Below, piece after piece: positions 37,649-50,393 of a stretch of DNA of 60,466 bases (positions are counted from its first letter, which is position 1; every line of letters starts with the position of its first letter). Position numbers and translations under genes: made by a program. This DNA is from Atractiella rhizophila (Eukaryota), in the NCBI GenBank assembly GCA_021432655.1, contig MU271463.1:1-60466 (forward strand). The letters are read 5' to 3'. Below the pieces are notes generated by a model that was not told the origin of the DNA, ran no database searches, and worked only from the letters and a program-made list of their open reading frames with translations.

Positions 37649-40026
37649 ATGACCTCTGCGTTGAACAACGTAGTGTCTACCCATCCAGTGATCTCATTTG
37701 CTGTCTTCGGTGCGCTTGTGTACTTTGTGTACCTCTATGTCACCTATCGTGTGATCTCTCCACTTCGACATATCCCAGGACCTTTCCTGTGGAGTATCAG
37801 TGAGACTCCCAGGACCGTTGCAAGTGGATTAGGACGCGCGTGAGCTATTCGCTTTCCATCGTGCTACTGGGCAACTAACATCGGTGCGCAGCGCATTCAT
37901 CATCCACGACTTCCATAACACCTATGGAGGTTCGTCGGCTCCTTCATTATTGCAACACGTTTTGGTTGACGCTATGCGCTGAAGATGTCGTTCGCATTGG
38001 ACCCGACACTGTGATTTTCCGAGACAAGGAGGCGATTAAGAAGGTGTATGGAATCGGAGCCAAGTTTAACAAGTCGGTTCGTAATTTTCTTCTGCCTTTC
38101 ATACATCCCCTGAAACGTCTGCATCCAAAGGAGTTCTACCTTCCATTGTAAGCAAAACATTGCTCGCATCCCTCCGCTGAACCAAAGCGTCTAGTACATT
38201 TGACCCTAAAGATTATACAACGTTCGCTACTCTCGACAATGCTGCTCATGCACAGCGAAGATCGATGCACAATCGAGCTTGGAATCGGCCAAGCGTGCTT
38301 TCTCAACAAGATGTGGTGCAAGTGCGTGCCTTTCTTCCCGTCTCCCAATAAGCACTGAGATTCTCGCGAACATAGGAAAAGAATAATGCTTTTATCATAA
38401 AGATGAGAGAAGTTATTTCCCAGAATGACGTAGTTGATCTCGTCAAATGGGTGGGATTTTTGACCCATGATGGTGAGCTGAATTCCTGGGGATTTAGTGT
38501 CCCCTAATAGCATTTCTAGTTGCTGTAAAAATGACTGCCGGAATCGACTCTTCTTGCGTACAAGCCGGACAACCTGACCGTGTTTTAGATATCTCTGTAC
38601 TAGGTAGTTCTCTGACATCTCACATTACCTCCTTTGCTGAACTTCCCGTAGCGCCAATGGATGCATTTCTAGGCAGCTTTAAAGCGTTATACGTCTGTAG
38701 CCGTGCTCTCACCGTCTAGGAAGCTAATTCTCCGTTTAGGCGGTCTTAAAACTGATCCCTCTCCCACAAGTGACGAAAGTCGTGGGAGCCATGACAAGGG
38801 TTGGAGCTGTTGGACATGACATGCTGGCCGAATACCGAGCAAAGAGCCCTGAGGATCAGGCAGAAGCTCGAACGGTTCATCAAATGATGGAAGATGCTCA
38901 GACGCTGTCCTTGAACGATCATGCCATAGTTGTATGGGCCCAGTTCTTCACCACTTCAATCATAAAGCTAACAATTCAATAGAACGAAATGTTTAGCTTC
39001 ATTGTTGCAGGAGGAGACACTACAAAAATGTGATTTAATATCCAGCGAGACAGGGTCATAAGGCTGAAACATGGACATAGGGCAATCTGTTTCATGTGCC
39101 AACAAACTTGGTCTCATCCAGAGTTCAAAGTCAAGCTCCAGGTAAGTTGCTTTGATGTATTTTATTCGTACTTATTTATGCTCGGAGTTCAGGAAGAACT
39201 CGATGCTGCTATGCCCAATGCTGACGAGGTACCCTCTTGGGAGGTAGCTTCCAGTCTTCCACTCCTTTCGGCAGCCTGTAAGGAGACCTTGCGCCTTTTC
39301 GGTTCTGTCCCTGGTAGGTGCCTCTGCCGTCGGTTCTGACCGTCGACTGAGTTTACACCTTTGAAGGGATCCTTCCCAGGCGAGGTCAGCCCATATACGG
39401 AGATCTTCAGGTCAGTATATAACACATCTTGATGTGGAGATCCAGGCTCAAGGCAAACCATAGATTGGAAAGTATCATATCCCTGCGGGAACTGAAATTG
39501 GATGTCAGCCCTACACTGTCCATCGCGACCCTGAAATCTATGGTGAGGACGTGGATGAATGGCGACCGGAGAGATGGCTGGTTCGTAATCTCTTTAACTT
39601 GGACAACGTGTTGAAAATTATCTCCTTCGTGTAGGAAGACAAGGAAAGAGCCGAGGTGATGGGTCGTTGGAACTTCGCTTTTGGTAAGCAACTGAGACCC
39701 AAGTGTTAGAACCCCATTCACTTTTTTGCAGGTCAAGGCCAACGAACATGGTAAGTAGCTCACCAATACAACAACGTGACACGCTCATCATCTGCAGCCT
39801 TGGAATATACCTGGCATATTTACAATTCTACCTTGCTTCCGCAGCTATCATCCGAAACTTCGAAGGTGAGCTCGTTGGCAGTGAAAAGTACAAAAAGCTC
39901 GCATCAGAGTACGATGACTACTTTACAGTACGCCCCTCCTATATTTCCGGAAAGGTTACTGATGAAAACCCTCAGATTCATACTCGCGCAAAGACTATGA
40001 ACATGCACTTAACCCGGCGCGTTTGA
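37649..40026 (+). CDS. Cytochrome P450 monooxygenase, many micro-exons
   Basis: N-terminal TM plus PLRHIPGP, DVVRIGPD, I-helix FIVAGGDTT, KETLR, WRPERW and heme motif FAFGQGQRTCLG. TATA-like TTATAAAT near 37597. Confidence 0.93.
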
Positions 40027-40434
40027 GCGGTCACTAGCTGTTATTCGTGTAGTTACAAAGTGCAATCGTACCCTGGATGGTCATTAATTCCAAACAAATT
40101 TGCCGCTCTTAATAATAGAGAAGAAGGATCTACATTTGAAGTTCCGCTGGAAGGAAAAGCTTCGAATTTCAAGGGACATGCGGCTCGTCGCTGAGCATGT
40201 AACAGGGTGCAATCGTCGACGTCCGAAGCCTGCATGATCGTCAGGAATTGTCAACGGCGGAGAAGTTGCAAACGACATTCTTATCTTTAATCATATTCTG
40301 CATGGATGCAGGTGAAGCCGAGGTAGTGAGCGAAGTTACACAAAGGGGACAGAGCTCTTTGTGCGTCTATGAACGGATATGCAGGACGCTGCCATGCTTG
40401 AAACACAGGTTCGAAGCAGTATTGTGAATATCGA

Positions 40435-41922
40435 TCAAAGACGTTCGTGGGCGGACAAAATCTGGAAAGGTCTAGCAACCAGCGGCTTGAGAACGTGTGA
40501 TCTCCACTGAGATATATGGGCCGGTTTTGAGGCGGATTTGAGCTCGAACGCGTAAAAGTCTGCCAGGTATCTCCAAGCAGTACTCATCGCTTCAGGATTG
40601 ATGCATAAGCCGTGAAGATGTCGGAGGCTCCCAGACGTTATCAAAGGTGATAAATTCTCCAGGTACCGAATTACCAAGTATCGTAATGACCATATTCGGT
40701 CGGCTTGAACCATCCACTCGCTAGCTTCGTTTTCGACAGTCAAACACCGAAGAAAAGTCAGACATTGACAATCGACAAGAATTGAGATCAAGTCGACACT
40801 GATACCATGCGACGGCAGCTCAAGCACAACGAGAGAAGAGCGACAGGAAGGAATGATTGAGTGACAAAGCTCCTGATCTATTCCCACTTGGAAACTGTTC
40901 AAGGCTAGAGCCTGAAGGACGCCGGGGAGGACACAAGAAGCGATAATGCGGTAAATATTTTCTGCGGAAGAAATATCCATTTGCTGCAGCTGCAGGGGAG
41001 CCAGTTGGGAGACGTCGTCCGCCATCTGAAAGCCATCTAGATTTAATACCTTCAGATCTCGCGATACTCCTAAATGAGGTACCATTTCTTCGAGCGGAAC
41101 GAAGCCTGAGCCCCAGCCAAGATGCTGAAGGTAAAGCCATTTCATCCTGGGAAGAGGGGGCAAAGACCTATACGATGTGAAGCGGAGAAAAAGTCTTTCA
41201 ACACCGTGGCAGCCTTTGAGGAGTAGGTCGAGCTCAATGTGCGAAATGCATTCACTCTCTCCGATATCTAAATCTGCCAGCGTAGCAAAACTTGCGCGTA
41301 ACACTTGACACCAAGATTTGCACGAGAGCTTCGTTATAACCAGGGAGCTTAGGTTGCCTTGTAATGAAGAGACATCGGAAATCAAAGCAGGACAGATGAT
41401 GTAGAGGTGACGAAGGCGAGGGAGCATTCGCAAGCCCCCAAAAATCCATTGGGCAACCTGGTCTGGAACCTTAGGGTCCTTCAAGACAATGTCGACGACG
41501 TGTAAGGAGACACCAAAAGAAGGCACATGCATCGTTTGCAACAGATCGATGTTCAAGGGAGCGTCGTCAAAGCTTTCTAAAGAAAGTTCCAAAATGCGAC
41601 ACGACTTCAGCTCTTGTAGCAACTCCATGCATTCAAAAAAATATTTTGAATCATCGGATACAAGGTACCGGATCTTGTTGAGCCTTGCAGGAGACCTCTT
41701 CCGCATGTTAGATGCTTGTCTCATCCAGATCGGACGATGGAGGACAAGAGCCTCAAAGGTCGCACCAAAGGACTTGCAAACTGTGCTTAACAAGCAGATA
41801 TCGCCAAAAGAGGTATCTGAATCGGTCGATACATGGAGAAAGATCGCCAATAAAAGCTCAGGAGGTAAGTCGAGAAGCTGCGTTCGCTGATGAGGCTGAT
41901 GAGTTTCGTTGGGCGTTGACAT
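40435..41922 (-). CDS. Intronless F-box/LRR-like protein, paralog 1
   Basis: 495-aa ORF with LLDLPPELLLAIF...LSTVCKSF F-box followed by LxxLxL repeats. Confidence 0.85.
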   Translation of the reverse strand: MSTPNETHQPHQRTQLLDLPPELLLAIFLHVSTDSDTSFGDICLLSTVCKSFGATFEALVLHRPIWMRQASNMRKRSPARLNKIRYLVSDDSKYFFECMELLQELKSCRILELSLESFDDAPLNIDLLQTMHVPSFGVSLHVVDIVLKDPKVPDQVAQWIFGGLRMLPRLRHLYIICPALISDVSSLQGNLSSLVITKLSCKSWCQVLRASFATLADLDIGESECISHIELDLLLKGCHGVERLFLRFTSYRSLPPLPRMKWLYLQHLGWGSGFVPLEEMVPHLGVSRDLKVLNLDGFQMADDVSQLAPLQLQQMDISSAENIYRIIASCVLPGVLQALALNSFQVGIDQELCHSIIPSCRSSLVVLELPSHGISVDLISILVDCQCLTFLRCLTVENEASEWMVQADRIWSLRYLVIRYLENLSPLITSGSLRHLHGLCINPEAMSTAWRYLADFYAFELKSASKPAHISQWRSHVLKPLVARPFQILSAHERL

Positions 41923-42870
41923 ATCTAAGTTTCTGGTGCACAGTCATCTGCATAAAGCGGTCAGTGACACGAAGTGTAAATCGTGACAAAGAATTCATGA
42001 TTGATGTCTGCAATGACATAGAAAATAAAACAATCAACTGCTCTGCGGCGGCCCTCAGGTCTTCCAGCTAAACTAATTCCATCTGGCAAGGCAGTTTGAT
42101 ACTTTCAAATAAAGAAGATCTTCCGCTTGACAGTAGCCCCTTTGCAGCCCCACGAACAAATTTTGACATTTTGATTCCCATATCCATCGACCGACAACAG
42201 GATTGACAGTCTAAGCTTTCTCCAGAAAGCGAAGAGGCTTTTAATCGAGTAATGGATCACAGACACATTGTTCGTAAACCCTCAGCGGACAAGCAGAGAA
42301 GCTGTAATCTTGGAAGATCTTTGGGAATCCGATCAACCAACCTGTTATACTGTATCAAAAGCCGGGGTATAAGGTGGATCCTCGTGGGCGCTAAGCAGCA
42401 CTGTCAGTGCGATTAGATTGTCGACCACAACTTCAATCCCAGATTGCCTGCTCTGATGGAAAAGAGACGCACCACTGCCTCTGGGAGGAACTATCAAAAG
42501 CTTGGATGACACCGAGACCGTAGTGGACAAATTTCAATTTGAAAACAGTGGCCTGCTGCGGAGTGTGGACAACGTATCCGTTAACGTCAACACTGGCATT
42601 CAGAAACCGTGACCCTGCTCAAACGTTCAAACCCTTGACAGTTTCGCAAACTGCAATGAATGAGATGATTATTGCCGCAAACTTGTATCGAGGAAATTAC
42701 AACGCTGATATAGCACAGAGACATTAGGTATGAGAGAAGTTAGGATGAAAAGGAGGAGGAATGCATGTTTCATGAATGGTTATGAGCGAAGCAATGCGAA
42801 GATCAAGCGCCACGATACCTGAATATCAATCACAGACGATCACTAATGGTTAAACTCAGGTTCATCATTG

Positions 42871-42986
42871 GTGGCAGATTCAAATTCGAATGTATATCGT
42901 TCCGCTAAGTGTCTCCAAGCAGTACTCGTTGCTTTGGGGTCGACAGCCAAGCCATGCAATGCGGCAGGACCCCTGAAGTTATCAAA
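42871..42986 (-). pseudogene. Frameshifted relic of a third F-box/LRR paralog C-terminus
   Basis: LITSGVL/LHGLAVDPKATSTAWRHLAERYTFEFESA matches LITSGSLRHLHGLCINPEAMSTAWRYLADFYAFELKSA and LITSRVLQHLHGLCVDPEALSPAWRHLAEVYAFELESA. Confidence 0.8.
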
Positions 42987-43247
42987 TTTTAGCCGACATG
43001 CGGCGCGTACGCTGGGTCTGTAACAGGGTGCAATTCGTCGAGGCCAGAAGCCTGAATGATCGTCAGGGATTCTCAACGGCGGAGAAGCTGCGAATGGCAA
43101 TCTTATCCTTAATCATAATCTTCATGCGCGTAGTAAGGCGAAGCCGCGGTGTTGATGCGAAGGAGAAACAGAGCTTTCTGTGATGGACGAATGTGCAGGA
43201 AGCTGCCATGTTTGAAACACAGATTCAAAGCAGTATGTGAGTATCGA

Positions 43248-44738
43248 TCAAAGTCGGTCGCGGGCAGACACAATTTGGAATGGTTTAGTAACGAGCGGCT
43301 TGTGAACGCGGGATTTCCACCGGGATATCTGTGCTCGCTCTGCGGCGGATTCGAGTTCGAATGCGTAAACTTCTGCCAGATGTCTCCAAGCAGGACTCAG
43401 TGCTTCTGGGTCGACGCATAAGCCATGAAGATGTTGAAGGACCCTAGAGGTTATCAAAGGAGATAAGTTCTTCAGGTGCCAAATTATCAAGTACCGTAAT
43501 GGCAACATCCGGCGTTTTTGAACGATCCATTCGCTAGCTGCATATTCGATGGCCAAACATGAAAGAAAAGCGAGTGATTGACAATCAACAAGAACTGAAA
43601 TCAAGTCGACGTTGATACGATACCACGGCAGTTCAAGCACAACTAGAGAAGAGTTACAGGAGGGAATGATTGAATGACAAAGACCATGTTCTGTTCCCGG
43701 GTGAAAACTGCTCAAGACTAAGGTCTGAATGTTGCCTGGCCCAACGCACGAAGCAACTATGCGCTCGGTATTTGCAGAATCAAAAAGTTCCATTTGTTGC
43801 AAGTGCAACTGAGCCAGTTGGCGTGGAGCATCGTCTGCCATCTGAAAGCCGTATAGATTGAATACTTTCAGATCTTGGGATGCTCCCAAATGAGGCACCA
43901 TTTCTTTGAGCGGAACTAAATCTGAGCCCGGCGCAAGATAACACAGGTAAAGCCATTTCAGCCCAGGAAGAGGGGGCAAAGATCTGTACCATGTAAAGCG
44001 GAGATTGAGTCTTTCGACACTACGGCAGCCTTTGAGAAGCAAGTCGAGCTCAAAATGCGACATGCATTCGCTCTCTCCAATTTCTAAATCCACGAGCGAA
44101 ATCAAACTTGCCTGTAGCACCTGGTACCAAGATCTACAAGCGAGCTCCTTTATAACGACGGAACGTAGGCTGCCTTCAAATAAAGAGACGTTTGAGATCG
44201 AAGAGTAAAAGAAGATGTAGAGGTGTCGAAGGTGAGGTAACTTTCGCAGGCCCTCAAAAAGCCATTGTGCCATCTGGGTTGGTACCTCACAATCTCTCAA
44301 AATAATATCGATAATCTGTAAGGAGAACCCAAACGAAGGCAACGGTATCATTTGCGGCAGGTCGATATTCAAGAAATCTTCGTCAACGGTTTCGAAAAAG
44401 ACTTCCAAAATTCGACATGATTCCAACTCTGGTACCAGCTTGATGCATTCCACAAAATTTTTCGAATCATCGGAGACCAGGTACTGGATTCTCTTGACCT
44501 TGGCAGGAAACCTCTTCCGCAAGTTAGATACTTGTCTCATCCAAATCGGACGATAGAAAACAAGGTCCTCAAAGTTGGCAGCAAATGTCTTGCAAACTGT
44601 GCTTAATATGCAGATATCATGGACAGAGGTGTCGAGATCGTTGGAGACAAGAAGTAAGATTGCCGATAAAATCTCGGGAGGTAGATCGAGAAGCTGCGTC
44701 TGCCGATGAGACCGATGAAGTTCGGTGGTTGTAGACAT
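43248..44738 (-). CDS. Intronless F-box/LRR-like protein, paralog 2
   Basis: 496-aa ORF colinear with paralog 1, roughly two-thirds identical by eye. Flanking DNA is also homologous. Confidence 0.85.
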   Translation of the reverse strand: MSTTTELHRSHRQTQLLDLPPEILSAILLLVSNDLDTSVHDICILSTVCKTFAANFEDLVFYRPIWMRQVSNLRKRFPAKVKRIQYLVSDDSKNFVECIKLVPELESCRILEVFFETVDEDFLNIDLPQMIPLPSFGFSLQIIDIILRDCEVPTQMAQWLFEGLRKLPHLRHLYIFFYSSISNVSLFEGSLRSVVIKELACRSWYQVLQASLISLVDLEIGESECMSHFELDLLLKGCRSVERLNLRFTWYRSLPPLPGLKWLYLCYLAPGSDLVPLKEMVPHLGASQDLKVFNLYGFQMADDAPRQLAQLHLQQMELFDSANTERIVASCVGPGNIQTLVLSSFHPGTEHGLCHSIIPSCNSSLVVLELPWYRINVDLISVLVDCQSLAFLSCLAIEYAASEWIVQKRRMLPLRYLIIWHLKNLSPLITSRVLQHLHGLCVDPEALSPAWRHLAEVYAFELESAAERAQISRWKSRVHKPLVTKPFQIVSARDRL

Positions 44739-45740
44739 ATGTAAATTCTGGGTGCCCTACCGTGTGCATAAAGCAGTCAGTCGCAGGAATTGTGAGCAGT
44801 GCTGAAAATTATCACAAGCAGAGTGCGACCTTCCATATGAAATTGTGACAGAATTCATGATTCCGGTGAAGCAGCTTGATACATTCAAATAACAGCGTCT
44901 TCTGGTTGGAAACCGGTATAGTAGCCTCATTTCAGCTCTCACCAACATCCCTGACAATTGATCCCCATATCCATCTACAAACAGACGATGCATCGTCACC
45001 TTCAGAGAGCGGAAATGTTTAGTATCTACTCGGGGAGGCGTACCTGATCACAGAGACATTGTGCGAGAACTCTCAAGCCATAAGTAGAGAAGCTTTAATC
45101 AGGAGGATCTTCGATAAAGACCTCACTCGGTATCCTGAGCTTGTCACAAACAGAACGCGTCAAGGCTCGAAAAAATACATTAAGGCCAACTTTTGACTGA
45201 ATCAAATGCGCCGTTCATGCAGTGCCATTCTGCAGATTGTAGACAACAACCTCAATCCCAGATTTCCCGCTCAAACTGAAAAGGGACGCACCACCTCCTC
45301 TGTCAGGATGAATCTGCACTATCAAAGCTTCGATGACGATCACTCAAGTTGATGCTGTTTGACAATGACAATGTTCCGAATAGTTGAATATTTGAAACAG
45401 GAACAAGGGAACTGACCCAATGTTTCTACTGCGGAGCAGGTCAAACTGTTTTGTCACAAAAAGTAAAGTTAAGCAAGCCGCCAGCATCATGACACATTTG
45501 TCGTAGAAAGTAAAAACGCTGACCTTAGAAGTACAATCTCAGACCTCAAATCCTCGACCATTGGGCAATGAATAAGACAATTATTGGTGCAGTTTGTATG
45601 TGAAGCATCAGAACAATAGATGCACAGAGAAACAATTTATTATTCGACATATTATCATCGTAATCCAATTCCAATGCGTCCATCCCCCTTCATAGTAAAC
45701 AAGTCATTAATCCCTTCAGAGACCCAATTCAAAACTCGTG

Positions 45741-47573
45741 CTACGCAACACTTGCAGTGCTGCCTCGCATGGACGAGGCACGCCTGTTAGCTCTTTCCGT
45801 CTGCTCTCCGATGAACAATCAATATGGGACAGGAAGGGGAGGAAATGATTAAACAGACCTCATGAATTTGCTTCTCGGACCGCGTCTTATCCAAAGCCGC
45901 AACCATTGCGTTCCGATCAGCCACGACGTCCTTATGATGCGCCACTTTCAACTGCCCAATCCAAACCAGGATCGTCAACGTCGTAATCACACTCGGTGTA
46001 GAGAAACAGGAAGGAAAGACAATGGGTACGCACGTCATGGGTCTTTTTACAAGCGTCCAAGCTCGCTGCCGCCTTGTTATGGGCGTCTGTAGCCTTGATC
46101 AAAGCCTTATTGGCCTTGTATTCCTTCTTCACAGCCTTATCTAAGGCCTTCTTCGCTTTCGCTTCCATCTAAATCCCATCCCATCAGATTCAGATTCGAA
46201 GTGAGAGCGAAAGAGGGTATGTTGGGGAATGGATGCGTACCTTAGCAGCCTTCTGTTCCACCTTCGTACTCTTGTCCGCTTCCTTCATCGCCATCTTGAG
46301 CGCCTTCTCATCACCCTTAGCTTCCAAACTAAGTTGTTTGTCATACCTATCAGACAAATCCACCAAAAATTAGATTGAATTCCAGAAGATGGTCTAGGGA
46401 CGACGAACTTTTTGACCTCCTTCATCTCCTGTTTGACCTTCTTCTTATCATAACTCAACCTCCCATCCTTCTCCGTAACCACGCTCCCCGTCCCCGTCGT
46501 TCCCCCAACGCCCGCCACACTGGTGCTCTGAGTAGCCGCCGTCCCATTCCCGACGCTCGTGGCTCCCGTCGCGCTCCTACTGTGTACAGGCGAATCCGAC
46601 ACCTTCTCGCCCGTGACGGCGCCAACGTTCGTAGACTCCCCTTGAGGCGATTGGAGGGGCGTCTCGAAGTGGGCTGACTTCATCGAACCCGAACCGTCCT
46701 TCGCTGCACCACCTGTGTGGGTGGATGGGTGGGTGGGAGGTGGTGCGAAGTCTGTGGAAGCAACCCCGTTCGTTGTCGTTGTGATGGGCTTTTCTGGGCC
46801 GACTGTGGAGGGACCTGAGCCCTAAAGAGTGGGAACGTATCAGTTATGGTCTATCCATGAGATAATGGAGCAGGAAAAATGTTCTGACGCGTGATTGTTT
46901 TGACGTGAGGAAGGAGATGGCCATTGCGATAATTCGATCTGAGTATTGGACAACCTCTGCCCTAGCTTTAAAGCGGACATCGATTTGGGGAAGCTAAAGG
47001 GTGAAATTGGATCGGGAATTTGAGAGTGCATAAAATCGCACTCTCGTTTTCTCAATGCAGAATAGCCCGCAACTTCTTCAAAACTTTGGAAAGCGAGTCA
47101 ATCGCGAAAACAAAAGTGAGACAAACAATACGACATCTGCGAAACCTCTCGCTCAGTTGACCCGGTACAGCTCCCATGTCGGCAATTCGATGGATGACTG
47201 CACTGAATCGCTCTCTCTCATTCCGATATCACTGCACGAGAGCAAAAATTTTCTCCACGAGCTGCGTCTGATGCAGGCAAGAGAAAAATGGAATAAGTAC
47301 ACTGGGATCCCCAGAGAACTTGCTTGTGGGTATCAAGAAAGTTCTCTAAACAACCTGAAACAACTTCCTATGGCCCAATCAAACAAATGAAAGAATGCTC
47401 ACCGCTTCGTACGTCGGGACATTCTCCTCCTCCTTTCGATCCTTGAGCGCTTCCTCCGCCTTGGAGACGCCCGTCCCATTAGAGAGGGTCGACTCTCTCT
47501 TCTCTGGGTTGGATTTGGAGCTGGAGAGGGTTCGGTTCATGAGTTCTGTGTCGTTTGGGAGGGCTGCTGCCAT
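45741..47573 (-). CDS. Low-complexity Lys/Ala/Glu-rich coiled-coil protein (resembles basidiomycete proteins annotated Ncp1)
   Basis: In-phase exons MAAALPND...YEA|GSGPSTV...KKVKQEMKEVKK, EAKAKKALDKAVKKEYKANKAL and TERANRRASSMRGSTASVA*. First intron 47402 to 46822. Confidence 0.65.
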
Positions 47574-47841
47574 GCTATTCGAGGTATTAGATTAATATGC
47601 GGTGGTGGGTTGAATGATGCTACAGTGTGAAAGGATGGCCCTTTTGTAAGTGAGCGGTAGTGAGAATTGGGATGAGGTATGACGTAGTTCAGATCGGCCC
47701 ACTGTTTTGGTTCCGCTGGTTAGAAGTTTCTGTCACTCGGGCGTCAACTCTCTTCATTAAACAACTACTCACATCAATGCATTAACTACTCCGACATCGG
47801 CGATATCCACCTCAGCCTCTCTCTTTAATTGACTGCCAACG

Positions 47842-50067
47842 ATGCAGCCTCAGCACCTCTCAGCCGCACCGAGCACGCCACTCGCCTACCGCTCCATGCC
47901 GAGCAGCACCGTCGCCACTCCCACACCGACGACATCGATGGGTCCTCCCTCCTTCGTCCCGCGTCCCTCCACGCTCTCCCACGCGCCCCTCTCCGCCCCC
48001 CAAACGCGTCTTCCCTCCCGGACACCCACCGCATCCTCCACACCCATCCCCTCCCAACGACCCATTCCCCACGCACAACAACAGACGACTGCTCAGGAGG
48101 ACCTCCTCCCGCCTCCGTCTGGGGCGGAGCAGCATCAGTCTGTGACGGCTTTGAATGATGCGGCGTTGAGTGCGGGGGTTAATTTGAGGAGGGAGGAGGA
48201 ACAGATTGAGGAGAGTGCCGGTGGGAGCTATAAGGCTTATTTTGAGGGAAGGCAGGAGGGTTGGGGAAGGGTTAGGAAGCAGGATTGGATCGAGTTCAAT
48301 GAGGTCACCAAGAGAGTTAGTGCTGTTGGCAAGTATTTGACTTTTTCCTTAATGGTAGTGGCATGATCTACTTTGCTTGTTACTTTGGGAAGTGGAAGCC
48401 TTTGCACTTTAAAGGAGAAAGTGGTAGAGCAGAATGTTAGGGTGGATGTACTGGTCAGTGAAGGCTGTCAGTTAATTGACCCCTCCGCACTTTGCTCGAA
48501 GAAGCTGCTCTTGTCTAGACGCGAGATATACAAAACCGCGACCCAAAGACAAGGGTGAAAGAGAAAAGAGATAATATGAAGAATCCATGATGAGGATGTT
48601 TGGGTGATCCAGTTTGTTCCTCCCTAATATTTCTTATTTGTAATATGAATTGTATTATTGCATATTTTTCGTGGCTAGAATAGTCAGCGAGTGCTGAGAG
48701 CTTTGCGCTTGGTGATTCAAACGCTCGCTTCTTGCCTACTTGGAACTGTGCGACAGCTTCCTACATAGCTTTTCAAATTTGCTAACACGATGAAGTCCGT
48801 CTGCAGGATTGCCAATCTCACACATGTATATCTTGGTTTGCACATCTTGACACAGGCATCGATCAGGGTTTCCCAGCTTTCGCCCACTCCAAAATCTTAT
48901 GATGCTTTGTGAGACGCCGACTGCCGCGTTGCTCGTGAAGGTGAAGGTGTAAGATCCCATCGTGTACATCTGGTTGGATGTAGGTGAACGGAGCAAACAG
49001 ATGATTGGCGCCTGAGCAACCATTTGTAGAAGAGACGTGCATCTGAAGCGCTCATCATGTTTGCCTGGCTTTCGTTCATGCAATAAGGTTGTGTATTACC
49101 ACCACAAGCTTCAGAGCTTGGGAACAAGTTGATTCTTTGATGCTCAATTCTCCCTTCACATTATCCTCTCGCTAGAAAGCGTGTCCCACAGTTTTGTTAT
49201 GGATGTTTAATTTTGAGAGATTCACAACTAACTTTCTTTCTTCTTCAGCCGCTTCATTCCAGTTGAAGAACCTGGAGGCGGATTCGATCCCTTTCATCGC
49301 AATGGCGCTCAAATCGCGCATCCGCACCGTCCTCCAAAACGCCAAAAAGGCAGAACACCACCGTCAGAACGTCCATCACCTCGCCCCGCCCCCGGTTCGG
49401 AAGTTGAAGAGGAAGCGAGAAGAGGAGGAGGAGATAGAGAAGGTGGTGGATGAGAAGGAGATTGTCCCGATTTGGGAGGAGGATGTCGTTGGGGAGCCGG
49501 GGAAGGTGTTGGAGACTTTGGAGAGGGTGGAGGTGGAGAGGACGGAGAGGGTATTGAAGAAGAGATTAGGAGATGGGATGGAGTTGGATGGAGAGATGCC
49601 ACAGGAGGAGGAGGATGAGGAGGAACGGACTTTGAAGGATCTGCGTGAGCAGTTGGAAGAAAGGAGGTCAGAGCAGAAAGCTCTGTTAGGAGTGAAGCTG
49701 ATGGAGGACGGATCCCGTCATGTTTGGCTTGGGGCGACTCGAAAAGATGAATCAGGAGTTATGAAACCCGGTCGGTCGTATTTGTCTTTCCTTACATTTG
49801 GGACGCTAATAGGCGGCTGAAGATGCACCGACCCCAATGGAAGAGGATGACGATAATCGGGATCCAGCCTATGCCCCATCCTCGCTCCTAGATATCCAGC
49901 CTTTGCCAGCTTGTACATGGGGAGGTCGGAACCGGATCACAGTTGACGACTTGCTGTGGGGAATGGAGAGGGAGAATGTGTCCAGCTTCAAGAAGGGAAG
50001 CGGTCAGTGGCGCAAGGAGGGTAGGACTGAAACCGTCGCGAGATGGCAGTGGGGTGTTGGCGCTTGA
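47842..50067 (+). CDS. TAF4: TFIID subunit Taf4
   Basis: ALNDAALSAGVNLRREEE, histone-fold IPFIAMALKSRIRTVLQNAKKAEHHR and C-terminal RITVDDLLWGMERE. 920-nt GC-AG intron 48329-49248. Confidence 0.88.
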
Positions 50068-50393
50068 TTGATGGTATCTCCATTCTGCTCTGCTTGCATT
50101 CTATTGGTGTTGATGTTGTTCTGGATGCCAGACGATTAGATTTAGATTACTTATTCGATTCCATTCACCACCAACATGTTATCTGCTATCTGCGCGCCAA
50201 GATGATCGGAGTTGTCTCAGATGACATAGTGTCGGAATAACAAATGCGATGCCATTCGTCTCAAAATAGCAATCGCGGCTAAGCGTAACCATCTCCCTCC
50301 GATATCGTCTCTTATAAAGTTCAGCCATCCTCTTCCTCCTTGCCCGCCTTCTCTACAGTCCGCGACCTGTTTCGCTCTTTCTCGTCTTCCACC

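Noticed and set aside
48699..48790. AGCTTTGCGC resembling the U4 snRNA 5' end
   Set aside because: No kink-turn stem-loop, and stem I and the Sm site are not at the right spacing.
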